DNA of 64,000 bases from Polyangiaceae bacterium (GCA_044376115.1 JBILLK010000020.1:96001-160000), one strand, 5' to 3'; positions 28,080 through 38,653 are shown, counted from the first letter of the stretch. Program-made: numbers and translations. Notes: a model not told the origin generated them from the sequence alone.

Positions 28080-29453
28080 TCAGTCGGCGACGAGCAGCAC
28101 GCGCTTCTCACACGGCTTCGCGTTCTCGTCTTGTCCCAGGCCGGCGATGGCGAGCGGGTTGGCTCGCAGCGAGGCCAGCTCGACCTTCACCTTTCGAATG
28201 ATCAGCTCATCCAGATTGCCGCTGGTGAAGTTGTCGTGTGTAGCGCCGCAGCTCGACTTTGCGTCGCCCGCGCCAACCGATTGCGGACCCGCGCCCCCGC
28301 GCAGGACGAACATGTTCGAGCCGCCGGTGAACTGCGCTACTTGCCGGAAGACCGCCTGCCCGACGTCATCCATACCGGAGGCCGAAATCGTGTGGACCTT
28401 GATCCCAGCCGCAGCCGCCTTCTTGGCGCTCGCCGAATAAGGCACGCCGTTGGGGTAATCGAGATGGGGCGGGGCGTCGGCGATGAGGAAGGCCAAGCGA
28501 GAAGCTGCGTCGGTACTCCACTTGAGCTCCGACAACGTGACCGCGAGACCGCTGTTCACGTCCTCGGGAGTGTCTCCGCCGCCAGAAGCCGAGATGCCGT
28601 CGATCTGCTTGCGGAAAGCAGCCAAATCGGTGGTGAACGGGTAGACCTTGGTGACGAACGAGTCGCCCTTGTCTTTGTACTCCACGAGCCCGACACGAAT
28701 CGTCGCCGAGTTGTCGAAACGCTTGACCACCTTGTCGAGCGTCTCCTTCACGCTCTCGATCTCTTCGGACATGCTGCCGGTCGTGTCGAGGACGAAGGCC
28801 AACTCGACGACGGGCTTCTGCGCGTCCACGCGGTTGCTCTGTAGCTTCAAGCGGGTGACGCCGTCCGGCTCGCTCGCGTCGATGGTGCCGGTGGCCGTCG
28901 AGTTGTTCGAGCCGCACTTGGCGGCCACTTTGAACGTATTGGTCGACAGGTTGTGGGCCTTCGGAAAGAGGATGGCGCGACCGCTGGCCATGGTCACGAG
29001 CGATACCGTGGTCTCCCCTTCCGTTATCTTGAGCGAGCAATTCGGTACGCCTTTTCCTTGAGCGTCCTCAACGACGACGAACTGGCGATTGGACACGTTC
29101 AGCTTCTCGATGCCGCCGGCTGAGTCGATGTAGGCCAGGAAGTCGCGGTAGTTTGCGTTGTCGTCCCATTCGCCGGCCTTAACGCCAAGCGAGCGCTGTG
29201 TGGGGGGCTTGGGAGCGGGAGTGGCCACGGCCAGGTCAGCTGGCGCGGGTGCACCCGGGGCGCTGGGAGTCACGGCCATCGGCGAGGCTTGGGTAGGCTC
29301 CGATACGGGAAATCCCGCCTGTGGGTAGCCGGCAGCAGCAGGCTCACGTTGAACTGCGGGGTAAGAAGCTTCAGCCTCGGAGGAGCGCGCGCTCGCGCCC
29401 CCGCAGCCAATCAACCAGAGCCCCGTGAGCACACAAGCAATTCGACCCTTCAT
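28080..29453 (-). CDS. vWA-domain lipoprotein
   Basis: Lipobox LIGC; MIDAS FVLDTTGSM, GGGDTPE, LIADAPPH. Confidence 0.85.
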   Translation of the reverse strand: MKGRIACVLTGLWLIGCGGASARSSEAEASYPAVQREPAAAGYPQAGFPVSEPTQASPMAVTPSAPGAPAPADLAVATPAPKPPTQRSLGVKAGEWDDNANYRDFLAYIDSAGGIEKLNVSNRQFVVVEDAQGKGVPNCSLKITEGETTVSLVTMASGRAILFPKAHNLSTNTFKVAAKCGSNNSTATGTIDASEPDGVTRLKLQSNRVDAQKPVVELAFVLDTTGSMSEEIESVKETLDKVVKRFDNSATIRVGLVEYKDKGDSFVTKVYPFTTDLAAFRKQIDGISASGGGDTPEDVNSGLAVTLSELKWSTDAASRLAFLIADAPPHLDYPNGVPYSASAKKAAAAGIKVHTISASGMDDVGQAVFRQVAQFTGGSNMFVLRGGAGPQSVGAGDAKSSCGATHDNFTSGNLDELIIRKVKVELASLRANPLAIAGLGQDENAKPCEKRVLLVAD

Positions 29454-29562
29454 GCTGTGAGAACGGGGCTACGGGGCAGACCTTACAGGCCAACTCTAGT
29501 GCCAGCAGGATCCGAAGAAACTTCACGCCGGATGTACTAGCGTCCGCCGCCGGAGAAACGGC

Positions 29563-30348
29563 ATGCAGCTCTGGCTTATGGTTCCAGTCGGTCTTGTGGC
29601 GGTGATTGGCAGTGCCGTCGCCGTAGCGCTGGGCACGAGCAAGCGAACGCTGACGTTGGGCCTCGCAGCCTCCGTTTTGACGCTGATTGCAAACTCGGTG
29701 ACGGTCGTGCTCGCGATGCGGCAGCGGCTCGTCGTCGACAAGGCCGACAACGACCCTGTCTTGATCGCGCAGGCGCAGCTCGAGGCGCACAACATCTCGA
29801 AGCTGGGCCTGGTGTTTGGTGGGGTAGCACTGATCCTCGCGATCTTGGCGCTAATTCGGGGTGTCGTGTTCGAGGCCAAAGACGTCCCTCCGCTATCCAC
29901 TCGCAAGCGACTGCCGGATGAAGAACCGGATTTCGATCAAATCTCGGAATCACCGAGATCCCTTCTGGCGTTAGTGGTTGGCTCGCTCACCGTGTTCTCG
30001 CTCGCTGCGGCGGCGATGCCGTTGATTTTGCCCATGCCCAAGCCGAAGGTTGATACCAAGTTGCAGGCCGCGTTCAGCGAAGCGGAACAACTCTTTGAGG
30101 ACGGCCAATTCGATCAAGGCTGTCGCGGGCTGGAGAAGGCGTTCGCGGAGGGAGCAGACGCCAAGCGCTCCGGGCGCACGGACGGCGAGTCGTTCTTTGG
30201 CGAGTGCTTCGAGCTGTACGTAGCGCAAGCCACCAGCGCGGCCGATGAAGAAGCACGCAAAGTCGCGCTGTCCCGCCTCGACGGGACCAAACTACCGCTC
30301 ACCCCGACGCAGAGCGAGCGGCGCACCCAGATGCTGGCCAAACCATGA
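29563..30348 (+). CDS. Hypothetical membrane protein (about 4 TM plus a TPR-like tail)
   Basis: Hydrophobic segments, GGAG RBS, stop overlaps the next start (ATGA). Confidence 0.6.
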   Translation: MQLWLMVPVGLVAVIGSAVAVALGTSKRTLTLGLAASVLTLIANSVTVVLAMRQRLVVDKADNDPVLIAQAQLEAHNISKLGLVFGGVALILAILALIRGVVFEAKDVPPLSTRKRLPDEEPDFDQISESPRSLLALVVGSLTVFSLAAAAMPLILPMPKPKVDTKLQAAFSEAEQLFEDGQFDQGCRGLEKAFAEGADAKRSGRTDGESFFGECFELYVAQATSAADEEARKVALSRLDGTKLPLTPTQSERRTQMLAKP

Positions 30349-32783
30349 GCCTGCACCGCACTGCGGTGGTGCTCCTCTTTGCGGCGTGCGCGCCGGCCTC
30401 GCCATCCCCCTTCGTTGCAAGCTCCGCCCCGAACGCTGCGAGCGCAACATCAAGCGAGCCGCAGCCAAGCGCGACGCCCGCTCCGTCTCCAGCCGTCGCT
30501 ACCCCTGCCGAGCCCATCGTTGATCTGACGACGCTATGGTCGTGGCAAACCGACCCAGCGCTCGCAAGCGCCGTCGTTGCAAAACGTGAAGGCAAACCAG
30601 AGCAGGCGGCCCGGCTGGTCGCAGCAGCGCGCGAAGCCTCGCAAAGCGATCAAGCTCGACTGCTCTATCGTGAAGCCCTGCTGCTCAAGGAGGCGGGAAA
30701 ACCTACGGCGGCGCTCGCTCGATTTCGCGACGCGGCCAACACCGACTCACCGCTCGCGAGCCATGCACGGCTGCGAGCGGCCGAGCTGCTCGCAGCGCTT
30801 GGGCGCGACGCCGAAGCCGTACGGCAAGTGCAAGAGATCGACCTCGCGCTGGTCGACGAAAGCAGCGTCGCCCAGGCGATCGTCCTCAGCGCCGCTCGCA
30901 CGGCGCCGCTAGCTCAAGTCGAGCGCTACTGCGACCTCGCGTTCCTCGGTCGGGAGCAACGCAAACCGGGGTGGGCGCTCGAAGGCCTGCGGGTGCTCTC
31001 CTCGCTGTCGCAACGCAAGGAAGCCGCAGCGCTCCCGCTCGCGTTGCGGCTCGCCGACACGCTGCGGTTCGAAAGCCCGCGCGGCCGCGCCGCAGACGAT
31101 GCAGAAAAGCTGCGCCAGAAGCTGCTCACGCGGATGAGTCACGCCGACCGCGCTGCACAGACCGAGCTCAGTGACGCGCAGTCGGTCGAGCGAGCGGAGC
31201 AACTGGCGCAATCTTCCCAGGAGAAGAAAGCGGTCACGCTCTTGGATCGCATGCAAAAGAAGTTCACCAAGTCGCCTCCGCAAGGCGCGCTGGCGTGCGA
31301 CTTCCAACGCGTTCGTGGCAAAGCCCTGGGCCTCGTCAAACGAAAGAGCGAGGCTTGGGAGGCTTACTCCGTCGCACTGGGCGTGTGCGACGCGAACAGT
31401 CACCCAGACCTGAAGTTCCAAGCCGGTCGAGCTGCAGCGCGAGCCGGTCTCGTGGACGAGGCGACCAAGCTCCTGAACGAATACGAGAGCGCACAACCCA
31501 AGCGGGACCTCGCCGACGACGCGCGGCTGGAGCAAGTGCGAGCCTTGCTGCAACTCGGCAGCACCGAACGCGCGCTAGCACTCGCTCGCACCACAGCAAC
31601 GCTCTATCCGCTGGGAGATCGTACGCGGGACGTGCTCTTCGAGTGGCTGCTCGTGGCGCTCGAGCGCAACGATCTCAAGGACGCCACCGCCGCCCTCGCG
31701 GCAGAGGCCGACCTGCGCAAGGTTGCCGGGTTTCGCGAGGAGCGCGGGTACGATCGAGCCGGCCGGCATCAATATTTTCGCGGCAAGGTAGCGCTTTTGA
31801 GCGGCAATCGAGCCGCAGCAGCGCAGGAGTTCGAGCGCACGATCAAGAGCTTTCCCCTCTCTTATTACGGCGCGTTGGCGACGGCCCAGCTCGAGGCGCT
31901 TGAACCTGGACGGGCGGGCGCTTCGCTCGCGACGTGGCTGGCGGTAGAGCCAGCGACCAAGGAAATAGGGATTGCCGCGTCGCGCGCAGAAGAGCCGCAG
32001 CTAAAGGCGCTGTTCGCGTTGGCAGGCGTCGGCGATGTGCGCGGAGTCGAAGACGCGCTCGTGGCGGTGCGAAGAAAGGAACCGAAGAACGCTGCCTGGT
32101 ACGGCGTTGGTGCGGCCTTGCTTCACCTCGCAGGGGACGATCAGAAAGCGCACGCCTGGCTTCGAACGCTGCGCGAACGCGAGCCATCGCCCGAGACGCA
32201 GGAGCTGGTTGGCTTCTTGGACGAGCTTCCTCGCGGGCCGCATCGTGAGCTTTATCTGCGCGCGTACCCCAAGCTCTTTACAGCGGAGCTCGAAGCAGCG
32301 GCAGCCGAGGCGCAACTACCCCTCCACCTGCTGATGGCCCTCGCGCGAGAAGAATCAGCGTTTCTCCCGAGAGCCCTCTCGCTCTCCGATGCGCGCGGTC
32401 TCTTGCAAGTGATTCCGCCCACGGGCTCGCGCATGGCTCGCTCGCTCGGCATCCGCTTCACCAAAGACACCCTTTTTGATCCGGCCTCCAACACGCGGAT
32501 CGGCGCGCACTACCTCAGGGGGTTGCTCAAGCGCTTCGACGGCATGGCCCCGCTCGCGATCGCTGGCTACAACGCCGGGCCTGGGGCGCCGGAGAAATGG
32601 CTCGAAGAACGGCCTGGGACAGACCTTGATTTGTTCGTCGAGCGAATCCCGTACTTGGAGACGCGCAACTACGTGAAGCGCGTTTGGTCGAGCTACTTCG
32701 CCTACCAAGTTCTCTACTCGGGCGATCTAACGCCGCTGTTTGGCACCGCGACGCAGCTGCACCCTGCGAGCGGCAGCCCGTGA
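30345..32783 (+). CDS. Soluble lytic transglycosylase (Slt family) lipoprotein with TPR-like superhelix
   Basis: AREESAF, ARGLLQV, AGYNAGPG, ETRNYVKRV, SYYG; lipobox FAAC. Confidence 0.9.
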   Translation: MSLHRTAVVLLFAACAPASPSPFVASSAPNAASATSSEPQPSATPAPSPAVATPAEPIVDLTTLWSWQTDPALASAVVAKREGKPEQAARLVAAAREASQSDQARLLYREALLLKEAGKPTAALARFRDAANTDSPLASHARLRAAELLAALGRDAEAVRQVQEIDLALVDESSVAQAIVLSAARTAPLAQVERYCDLAFLGREQRKPGWALEGLRVLSSLSQRKEAAALPLALRLADTLRFESPRGRAADDAEKLRQKLLTRMSHADRAAQTELSDAQSVERAEQLAQSSQEKKAVTLLDRMQKKFTKSPPQGALACDFQRVRGKALGLVKRKSEAWEAYSVALGVCDANSHPDLKFQAGRAAARAGLVDEATKLLNEYESAQPKRDLADDARLEQVRALLQLGSTERALALARTTATLYPLGDRTRDVLFEWLLVALERNDLKDATAALAAEADLRKVAGFREERGYDRAGRHQYFRGKVALLSGNRAAAAQEFERTIKSFPLSYYGALATAQLEALEPGRAGASLATWLAVEPATKEIGIAASRAEEPQLKALFALAGVGDVRGVEDALVAVRRKEPKNAAWYGVGAALLHLAGDDQKAHAWLRTLREREPSPETQELVGFLDELPRGPHRELYLRAYPKLFTAELEAAAAEAQLPLHLLMALAREESAFLPRALSLSDARGLLQVIPPTGSRMARSLGIRFTKDTLFDPASNTRIGAHYLRGLLKRFDGMAPLAIAGYNAGPGAPEKWLEERPGTDLDLFVERIPYLETRNYVKRVWSSYFAYQVLYSGDLTPLFGTATQLHPASGSP

Positions 32784-33490
32784 GCAAGCTCGCGACGCTT
32801 CAACGCGCGATCGTTCGCTGCAAAAAGTGCCCGAGGCTCGTGGCCTGGACGCGCGACGGGGGCTGCGACAAGCCTCGACGATTTCAGGATGCTGAGTATT
32901 GGTCCAAGCCTGTACCTGGGTTCGGGCCCGAGGATGCGGAGCTGCTGGTCGTCGGGCTCGCGCCAGGCGCTCACGGCGCGAACCGCACGGGGCGTGTATT
33001 CACCGGGGATCGCTCCGGCGATTTCTTGTACGCGGCGCTCCATCGGGCTGGGCTCGCCAATCAGCCAACGGCCGTGAGTCGCAACGACGGGCTCGAACTG
33101 AAGGGCGTTTATGTCACCTGCGCCGTGCGCTGTGCGCCGCCGGACAACAAGCCGACCCCAGGCGAACAAAGCGCGTGCCTTCCCTTTCTAGAGCGTGAGT
33201 TCGAAGCCTTGCGGCAGGTGCGCGCCGTCTTGGCCTTGGGCGCAATCGCCTGGAACGCCGTGTTATCGGCCGCGCGCGAGCTCGGCACGCCTCTCCCGCG
33301 GCCGCTGCCCAAGTTCGCCCATGGCGAAAGCGCGGACCTTGGCGCCTTCACGATCTTCGGCTCGTATCACGTCAGTCAACAGAACACGTTCACCGGTCGG
33401 CTCACCGAGGCCATGTTCGATCACGTGCTTACGCAGGCCTGGGCGAGCGCTCGCGCAAAAAGCTCTCCAAGCGGTCGAGCGCTGCGCTGA
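32780..33490 (+). CDS. Uracil-DNA glycosylase, family 5 (UdgB-like, Fe-S)
   Basis: CKKCPRL, GLAPGAHGANRTGRVFTGDRSG, RCAPPDNKP, YHVSQQNT. GTG start overlaps the slt stop. Confidence 0.9.
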   Translation: MSKLATLQRAIVRCKKCPRLVAWTRDGGCDKPRRFQDAEYWSKPVPGFGPEDAELLVVGLAPGAHGANRTGRVFTGDRSGDFLYAALHRAGLANQPTAVSRNDGLELKGVYVTCAVRCAPPDNKPTPGEQSACLPFLEREFEALRQVRAVLALGAIAWNAVLSAARELGTPLPRPLPKFAHGESADLGAFTIFGSYHVSQQNTFTGRLTEAMFDHVLTQAWASARAKSSPSGRALR

Positions 33491-34553
33491 GATTGCGCCG
33501 CCCAAAGCCGATACGGAAGCGATTGTCACGGTCGCCAAACAACGTACCGGGCATCAGCAGCACGCCCGTCTGCTCCACCAAATCGTTGCAGAAGCTGTCC
33601 ACGTCCCCACCGCGGTAACCAACGAAGGCGACCGTCCCTGCGCTTGGACGGTCCCATTGAAACGTCTCGCGGTGTTGCGCAAAGAAGCGATCGAGCTGGT
33701 CGAGGTTCGAGCGAATCAACGCAACGTTCTCCTCCGCGAGCCGCTGCCGATGACGAAGAGCAACCTCCGCGAGCAGCTCGCTCGGTGCAGAGCCGCAGAT
33801 GGTGGTGTAGTCCTTCAGCTCGGCAAGTCGCTGATAGAGCGCGCGATCCTTGGTGGCGATCCAACCGACGCGCAGACCAGCGAGCCCGTAGGTCTTGCTG
33901 ACGACACCCAGCGAAACGCCGTACGGGCTCAGATCGCAGGCGGCCGGGAGGCGCGTCGCTGGATCGTGCTCCGACTCGCGAAAGACCTCGTCGCAAAAGA
34001 AGTGGACGCGCCGCTCGGTAGCCATGCCGACCGCCGCCTCGAAGTCCGCGAGGGGCATCGAGTAGCCCGTCGGGTTGTGGGGCGTATTCACGACGATCGC
34101 CCGCGTGCGATCGCTGACCAGGCCTGCGAGCTGTCCTAGCTCCAAGCGGTAGGCTCGCGTTGGATCACCGAACCAAGGCCGTACCGTCGCGCCGAGACCG
34201 CGCGGCAGCTCGAGGTGGGATTCGTAACACGGAGCATGGACCACGACCTCGTCCCCGCTCGTCAGTAGCGCCGTGTAGAACCAGAAAATCGCCTCCTGGG
34301 CGCCGCAAAAGACCAGTACCTGCGCTGGATCGATCGAGCTGTAGAGTGAGGCAATCGTCGCCCGCAACGAAGGAGCCCCGCGCGAGTCCACATACCCGAG
34401 CCGCAATGCCATCAGCTGGTCGGGGAGCTCCGGCTCGAGCGCAGCCAATTCGCGCACTGAGCGCGTCTCACAATCGGACGCACACAAGACGTGTTCGACC
34501 GAAAATTCATAGCGAGCGAAGAAGCGCTCGAGGGCAAATGGCCTCAACTGCAC
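33429..34553 (-). CDS. PLP-dependent aminotransferase class I/II
   Basis: NTPHNPTG, DEVF, SKTYGLAGLRVGW, FRIGFG. Confidence 0.9.
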   Translation of the reverse strand: MQLRPFALERFFARYEFSVEHVLCASDCETRSVRELAALEPELPDQLMALRLGYVDSRGAPSLRATIASLYSSIDPAQVLVFCGAQEAIFWFYTALLTSGDEVVVHAPCYESHLELPRGLGATVRPWFGDPTRAYRLELGQLAGLVSDRTRAIVVNTPHNPTGYSMPLADFEAAVGMATERRVHFFCDEVFRESEHDPATRLPAACDLSPYGVSLGVVSKTYGLAGLRVGWIATKDRALYQRLAELKDYTTICGSAPSELLAEVALRHRQRLAEENVALIRSNLDQLDRFFAQHRETFQWDRPSAGTVAFVGYRGGDVDSFCNDLVEQTGVLLMPGTLFGDRDNRFRIGFGRRNLSAALDRLESFLRERSPRPA

Positions 34554-34620
34554 CGCCGGAACGTAGTCGACCGTTCGAGCACGGCGCTAGGGTCGCCAGA
34601 AATCCGAGTCCTGTATCCGC

Positions 34621-34661
34621 CTCCGGCGGAATGACTCACAGCTCCGGCGGAATGACTTACA
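34621..34661. repeat. Tandem 20-bp direct repeat with 21-bp period in a divergent intergenic region
   Basis: CTCCGGCGGAATGACTCACA-G-CTCCGGCGGAATGACTTACA, 19/20 identical. Confidence 0.85.
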
Positions 34662-34697
34662 CAACGTAAACGAAGCCTGTACAGTCCCGGGCCTCGG

Positions 34698-35969
34698 ATG
34701 GAGACGGAGAGCGCCGCACAGAAGTTAGTCGGGGCCACCTTCAACGGTCGTTGGAGGCTTGGTCGGCTGATCGGTGAAGGCGGAATGGGCGCCGTCTATG
34801 AAGCCACCGGGACACGTGGTGAGGGCGTTCGGGCGATCAAAGTTCTGCACCCGGAGTTCCTCTCCGAGGAGCAGATCCTCAGCCGATTTTTCGCTGAGGC
34901 AAAAGCCGTTCAGTCGCTCAACCACCCCAACGTCGCGCAAATCTTCGACAGCGCGCGTGCGGAAGACGGCACGCCTTACCTGGTGATGGAGCTGCTCGTT
35001 GGCGCACCGCTTTCGAGCTTTTGTGGGCCCGGTCGGCCGATGCCACCACAAAAAGCCGCCGGCATCATGCTCGGGGTGCTGCAAGCGCTGACGCAAGCTC
35101 ACCAGCGGGGAATCGTTCATCGGGATCTGAAGCCAGACAACCTCTTCCTGGTCAATGACGGTCGCGGCAATCACATGGTGAAGGTGCTCGACTTCGGGAT
35201 CGCCAAGGTGATGGACGCAGCTGGCGGGATGGGCTCGAAGACAAAGACCGGCGTGTTGCTCGGGACGCCCGGCTATATGAGCCCCGAGCAGATCAAGAAC
35301 TCCAAGGGCGTCGATCCGCGGAGTGACCTTTGGTCGGTTGGCATCATCCTCTACGAGATGCTCACGGGCTCGGAGGCGTTTCCCGCCGATAACGAGTTCA
35401 CGCGGCTGACGCTCGTGCTGACCCAACCCATTCGACCGATCGGCGAGGTTTCCCGAGAGCTCGCCCCTTGGAGCGCTTTCTTCCAGCGCGCGCTGTCCAA
35501 GGAGCCAACAACCCGCTTCCAATCAGCCCAAGAGATGGGCCAAGCGCTAGCCGCAATGGCTTCCGGGGCTGGCAGCGCTCCCGGCCGCGACGGCGGCACG
35601 GTGGCCCTCAGTCTTCCCCAACCTCCGGTCCACCAGCAAGGGCCGGCAACGTTCGCGCCCCATGCCGCACAGCGGCCGACCCCAGCACCCGCTCCGGCGT
35701 CGATGCCCCCGCAGCAACAGCACTACGCACCGGCGCCAGCTCAGGTGGTGCAGGTTAACTACTCGCAATCCCAGCCTCCACCGGCGGCTGGGCCCAACAC
35801 CCACATGAGCGCTCGGCCAGGAGGCGTCGTGACCCTCGCCCAGGGCAGCCGGAGCCCCTCTGTGGACGTGCTTGCGCCCCCCCCAGTCGGCGTTCCCTGG
35901 TGGGTCGTGGGAGCCGTTGGAATGGCGGGCTTCGTTTTGGGGTTCATCATCGGCCACTTCGTGCAGTAG
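34698..35969 (+). CDS. Ser/Thr protein kinase with a Pro/Gln linker and a C-terminal TM anchor
   Basis: IGEGGMGAVY, AIK, HRDLKPDN, DFGIAK, GTPGYMSPEQ, DLWSVG. Confidence 0.93.
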   Translation: METESAAQKLVGATFNGRWRLGRLIGEGGMGAVYEATGTRGEGVRAIKVLHPEFLSEEQILSRFFAEAKAVQSLNHPNVAQIFDSARAEDGTPYLVMELLVGAPLSSFCGPGRPMPPQKAAGIMLGVLQALTQAHQRGIVHRDLKPDNLFLVNDGRGNHMVKVLDFGIAKVMDAAGGMGSKTKTGVLLGTPGYMSPEQIKNSKGVDPRSDLWSVGIILYEMLTGSEAFPADNEFTRLTLVLTQPIRPIGEVSRELAPWSAFFQRALSKEPTTRFQSAQEMGQALAAMASGAGSAPGRDGGTVALSLPQPPVHQQGPATFAPHAAQRPTPAPAPASMPPQQQHYAPAPAQVVQVNYSQSQPPPAAGPNTHMSARPGGVVTLAQGSRSPSVDVLAPPPVGVPWWVVGAVGMAGFVLGFIIGHFVQ

Positions 35970-36017
35970 AAGGGTGACGGTTCCGCACGAGGCGGATGCA
36001 GCTTGAAAGGAAGAACT

Positions 36018-36554
36018 ATGAGCGAGCTCAATACGCGGTGCCTTGATGCGTTTCCCGAATGGCTGAAGACGCTTCCCGAGGACGCTGTCGCGCTCTCGCT
36101 GCTGCTGGACGACGAATCGCTTCCAGAGCCGGCGAGAAGGCGCGTAGCCGGCTCGCTAAACTATTTGTTCAAGTCCCTCGATCTGATTCCCGACGGAATC
36201 GAAGATCTTGGTTTCTTGGATGACGCCTTCGTGATTCGTGTCGCCGCTCGCGTCGCTGCCATTGATCTCGCTACTCCTCCGGCCATCATCACGACCTTGG
36301 CTGCTCAGGCCGCGCTGGTTGAAGAACTGTTGGGCAAAGACTTTGTTCGATTGGCCAAATACGTGGACGGGCTGGTGAATGGTGCAGCCCGCGGTAGAAC
36401 GCCGCAGGAACTCGTCTCCGACGCAGACGTCCGAACTTCGTTCCGCGCGGAACTCGGCGCCTGGTCACAGAGCTATCAAGCGCCCAGCTTCTCGCGCGAT
36501 GAGAAGAACCTGGTGAAGCTGACCTCGTTCCTATCGGCCAAGCTCCCCGGCTAA
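36018..36554 (+). CDS. YkvA/DUF1232 family protein
   Basis: YLFKSLDLIPDGIEDLGFLDD signature. Confidence 0.75.
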   Translation: MSELNTRCLDAFPEWLKTLPEDAVALSLLLDDESLPEPARRRVAGSLNYLFKSLDLIPDGIEDLGFLDDAFVIRVAARVAAIDLATPPAIITTLAAQAALVEELLGKDFVRLAKYVDGLVNGAARGRTPQELVSDADVRTSFRAELGAWSQSYQAPSFSRDEKNLVKLTSFLSAKLPG

Positions 36555-36606
36555 CGTAGCTCGCCAACACAAAAGCGGCGGGCTCGCTGGGCCAACAACA
36601 GCACGC

Positions 36607-36658
36607 CGCAAACGACAGAACGCCACAACCCCTGAGGGCTGTGGCGTTCGTCTTTGCG
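36607..36658. terminator. Long hairpin, probably a bidirectional terminator
   Basis: GAACGCCACAACCC-CTGA-GGGCTGTGGCGTTC, extended by CGCAAA/TTTGCG, between convergent genes. Confidence 0.7.
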
Positions 36659-36669
36659 CGATTGGGTGA

Positions 36670-38451
36670 CTAAGCGTCGTGACGCGGCTGCGCCTTCGAC
36701 TCGGGGGAGCTTTCGGGAGTTACGCCGGCGCTCATCAGCTGCGACACGAGATCACGACACTCGGGCCGATTGCGTAGATGCGAGAGCAGCATCGACGAAC
36801 AATCACTGAAGGCCTTCTCGAAGCTGAGCCCTTCACGTGTCTTGTTTGCGACCTTCTCGCGGCCTTGAGCGAGATCCTCCTCGAGCGCCTCCGCGTAGCG
36901 CACAAGCTGGGCTCGCAGATCCTCGATCTGCCGACGCAGATCTCGAGCGGTGCTCTCACGAGCCGCTTTCTTCGCTTCGTAGCGCTGAAGCTGCTCTCGC
37001 TTAGCCTTTGCGGTGGCATTGGCAGCCCCTGCACGCTCAAAGACGCCTGGATCGAAGCTGCCTGCTCGCACGGCGACGTCGGCCTGCTGCCGCGCTGCGA
37101 GTGCGCCCTTGTCTGCGACGATCAGCTCACCGCGCACCTTCTCGACGTCTTCTGAATCCACGGCTGCTTCACGCAGCACCCGGGACTCTTCATGGGCAAG
37201 CTCCTCGACTTTGCGACCAATCTCAGCTCGCAACGCTCGTCCGCGTCGCTCCAATGAATCAAGCTTGCGGGTATACGTGGACACCTCGCCCTCGAGCTGA
37301 TTTGCACGCGCCGCCAAATCCCAGATCTTGGCGAGTGAGGAAGCGATGTCCGGCGGAGCGGCGTTCGCCGGGTACGCACGTGAAACCATGCGGGCGAACA
37401 GCGCTGCGCGCGAGGCCCACTCAGTCACGCCTGCGGTGGCCGGCGGAGGCGGAGGCGGAGGCGCAACGGCCTCGTTGCCACCTGCGTCGATATCCCAAGC
37501 CTGCGTCGGCAAGCTCCGTTGCAGCGCCTTCAGTTCCTCTTGGAGATGATGGGCGTCCTGATAACGACGGCGCGTGTCCTTCTCGAGCAGACGAAGACAG
37601 ATGGCCTCGGCCTGCGGATGAGCGTCCGGTCGGATGCTGCGAGGACGCGGAGGCGCTCCCGAACGTTGCATCTCCAAGAGCTGCTCTCGGTCATTGGAGC
37701 GGAACGGCAGCTGGCCGGTCAACATCTCGAACAGCAACACGCCGAGCGCGTACAGGTCCGAGTAGTTGGTGGCGTCTTCTCCGCGTGCTTGCTCCGGCGA
37801 CATGTACTCGGGCGTCCCGAATACCGCGCCCTTTGGTGCAAGCCGAGGATCTCGAGCGATCGCCGCTAGACCAAAGTCGAGGATTTTGACGAAGTCCTTG
37901 CGACCCCCGCGTTGGGTCAAAAGAATGTTGTCACTCTTCAGATCGCGATGCACGACGCCGAGGTCGTGGGCGCGGGCAAGCGCCGCACACATCTGCTCGA
38001 GAATGTCGATGGCCCGCGCGATGGGCATCGGCCCGCGCGCCAATTCCTGCGAGAGCGGAGTGCCGATCAGGTACTCCATCACGAGGTAGAGTTCCCCCTC
38101 CTCGGTCTCACCAATGTCATGAATGTCGATGATGTGGGCGTGATCGACGCGGTTGGCCGCACGAGCTTCTCGCAACATCCACGCACGCAAGTGCGTCTCT
38201 CCACGCAAATCCGGTCGGATCAGCTTGAGAGCTACAACGCGGTCGATGAGAACGTGACGAGCGCGATAGACGACACCCATCCCGCCTTCACCAAGACGCG
38301 CCTCGAGACGATAACGACCTGCTACGACCTTACCGAGCATCGGATCGGCTGTCGATCCTCGACGCGCTGAGCTTGTGGCCACGCGTAAGCTCCTCTCGCT
38401 TCCAGAAGTGTTCGAACCTTCTGCGGAATGTACCAACGCGAAACCTGCCAC
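36670..38451 (-). CDS. Cytoplasmic Ser/Thr protein kinase with a C-terminal coiled coil
   Basis: LGEGGMGVVY, VALK, HRDLKSDN, DFGLA, GTPEYMSPEQ; heptad-rich C-terminus. Start uncertain. Confidence 0.92.
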   Translation of the reverse strand: MAGFALVHSAEGSNTSGSERSLRVATSSARRGSTADPMLGKVVAGRYRLEARLGEGGMGVVYRARHVLIDRVVALKLIRPDLRGETHLRAWMLREARAANRVDHAHIIDIHDIGETEEGELYLVMEYLIGTPLSQELARGPMPIARAIDILEQMCAALARAHDLGVVHRDLKSDNILLTQRGGRKDFVKILDFGLAAIARDPRLAPKGAVFGTPEYMSPEQARGEDATNYSDLYALGVLLFEMLTGQLPFRSNDREQLLEMQRSGAPPRPRSIRPDAHPQAEAICLRLLEKDTRRRYQDAHHLQEELKALQRSLPTQAWDIDAGGNEAVAPPPPPPPATAGVTEWASRAALFARMVSRAYPANAAPPDIASSLAKIWDLAARANQLEGEVSTYTRKLDSLERRGRALRAEIGRKVEELAHEESRVLREAAVDSEDVEKVRGELIVADKGALAARQQADVAVRAGSFDPGVFERAGAANATAKAKREQLQRYEAKKAARESTARDLRRQIEDLRAQLVRYAEALEEDLAQGREKVANKTREGLSFEKAFSDCSSMLLSHLRNRPECRDLVSQLMSAGVTPESSPESKAQPRHDA

Positions 38452-38653
38452 GTCGACCTCGTTGTTTGGACGAACTGAGATAAGACCCGACCGAGGTCGA
38501 GTTCGTTGATTGACGGCATGCGCGCATGTCGCGCGTTTGCCTACCTATGCGCGGCTATCTCGCCCAAGCACGAGCCTTCAAGCCGTTGAGAGGAGAATCC
38601 AGCGTTGATGGCGGGTAGCTGTCGATTTGACTCGAGCTGCTCGCGACCAATCC

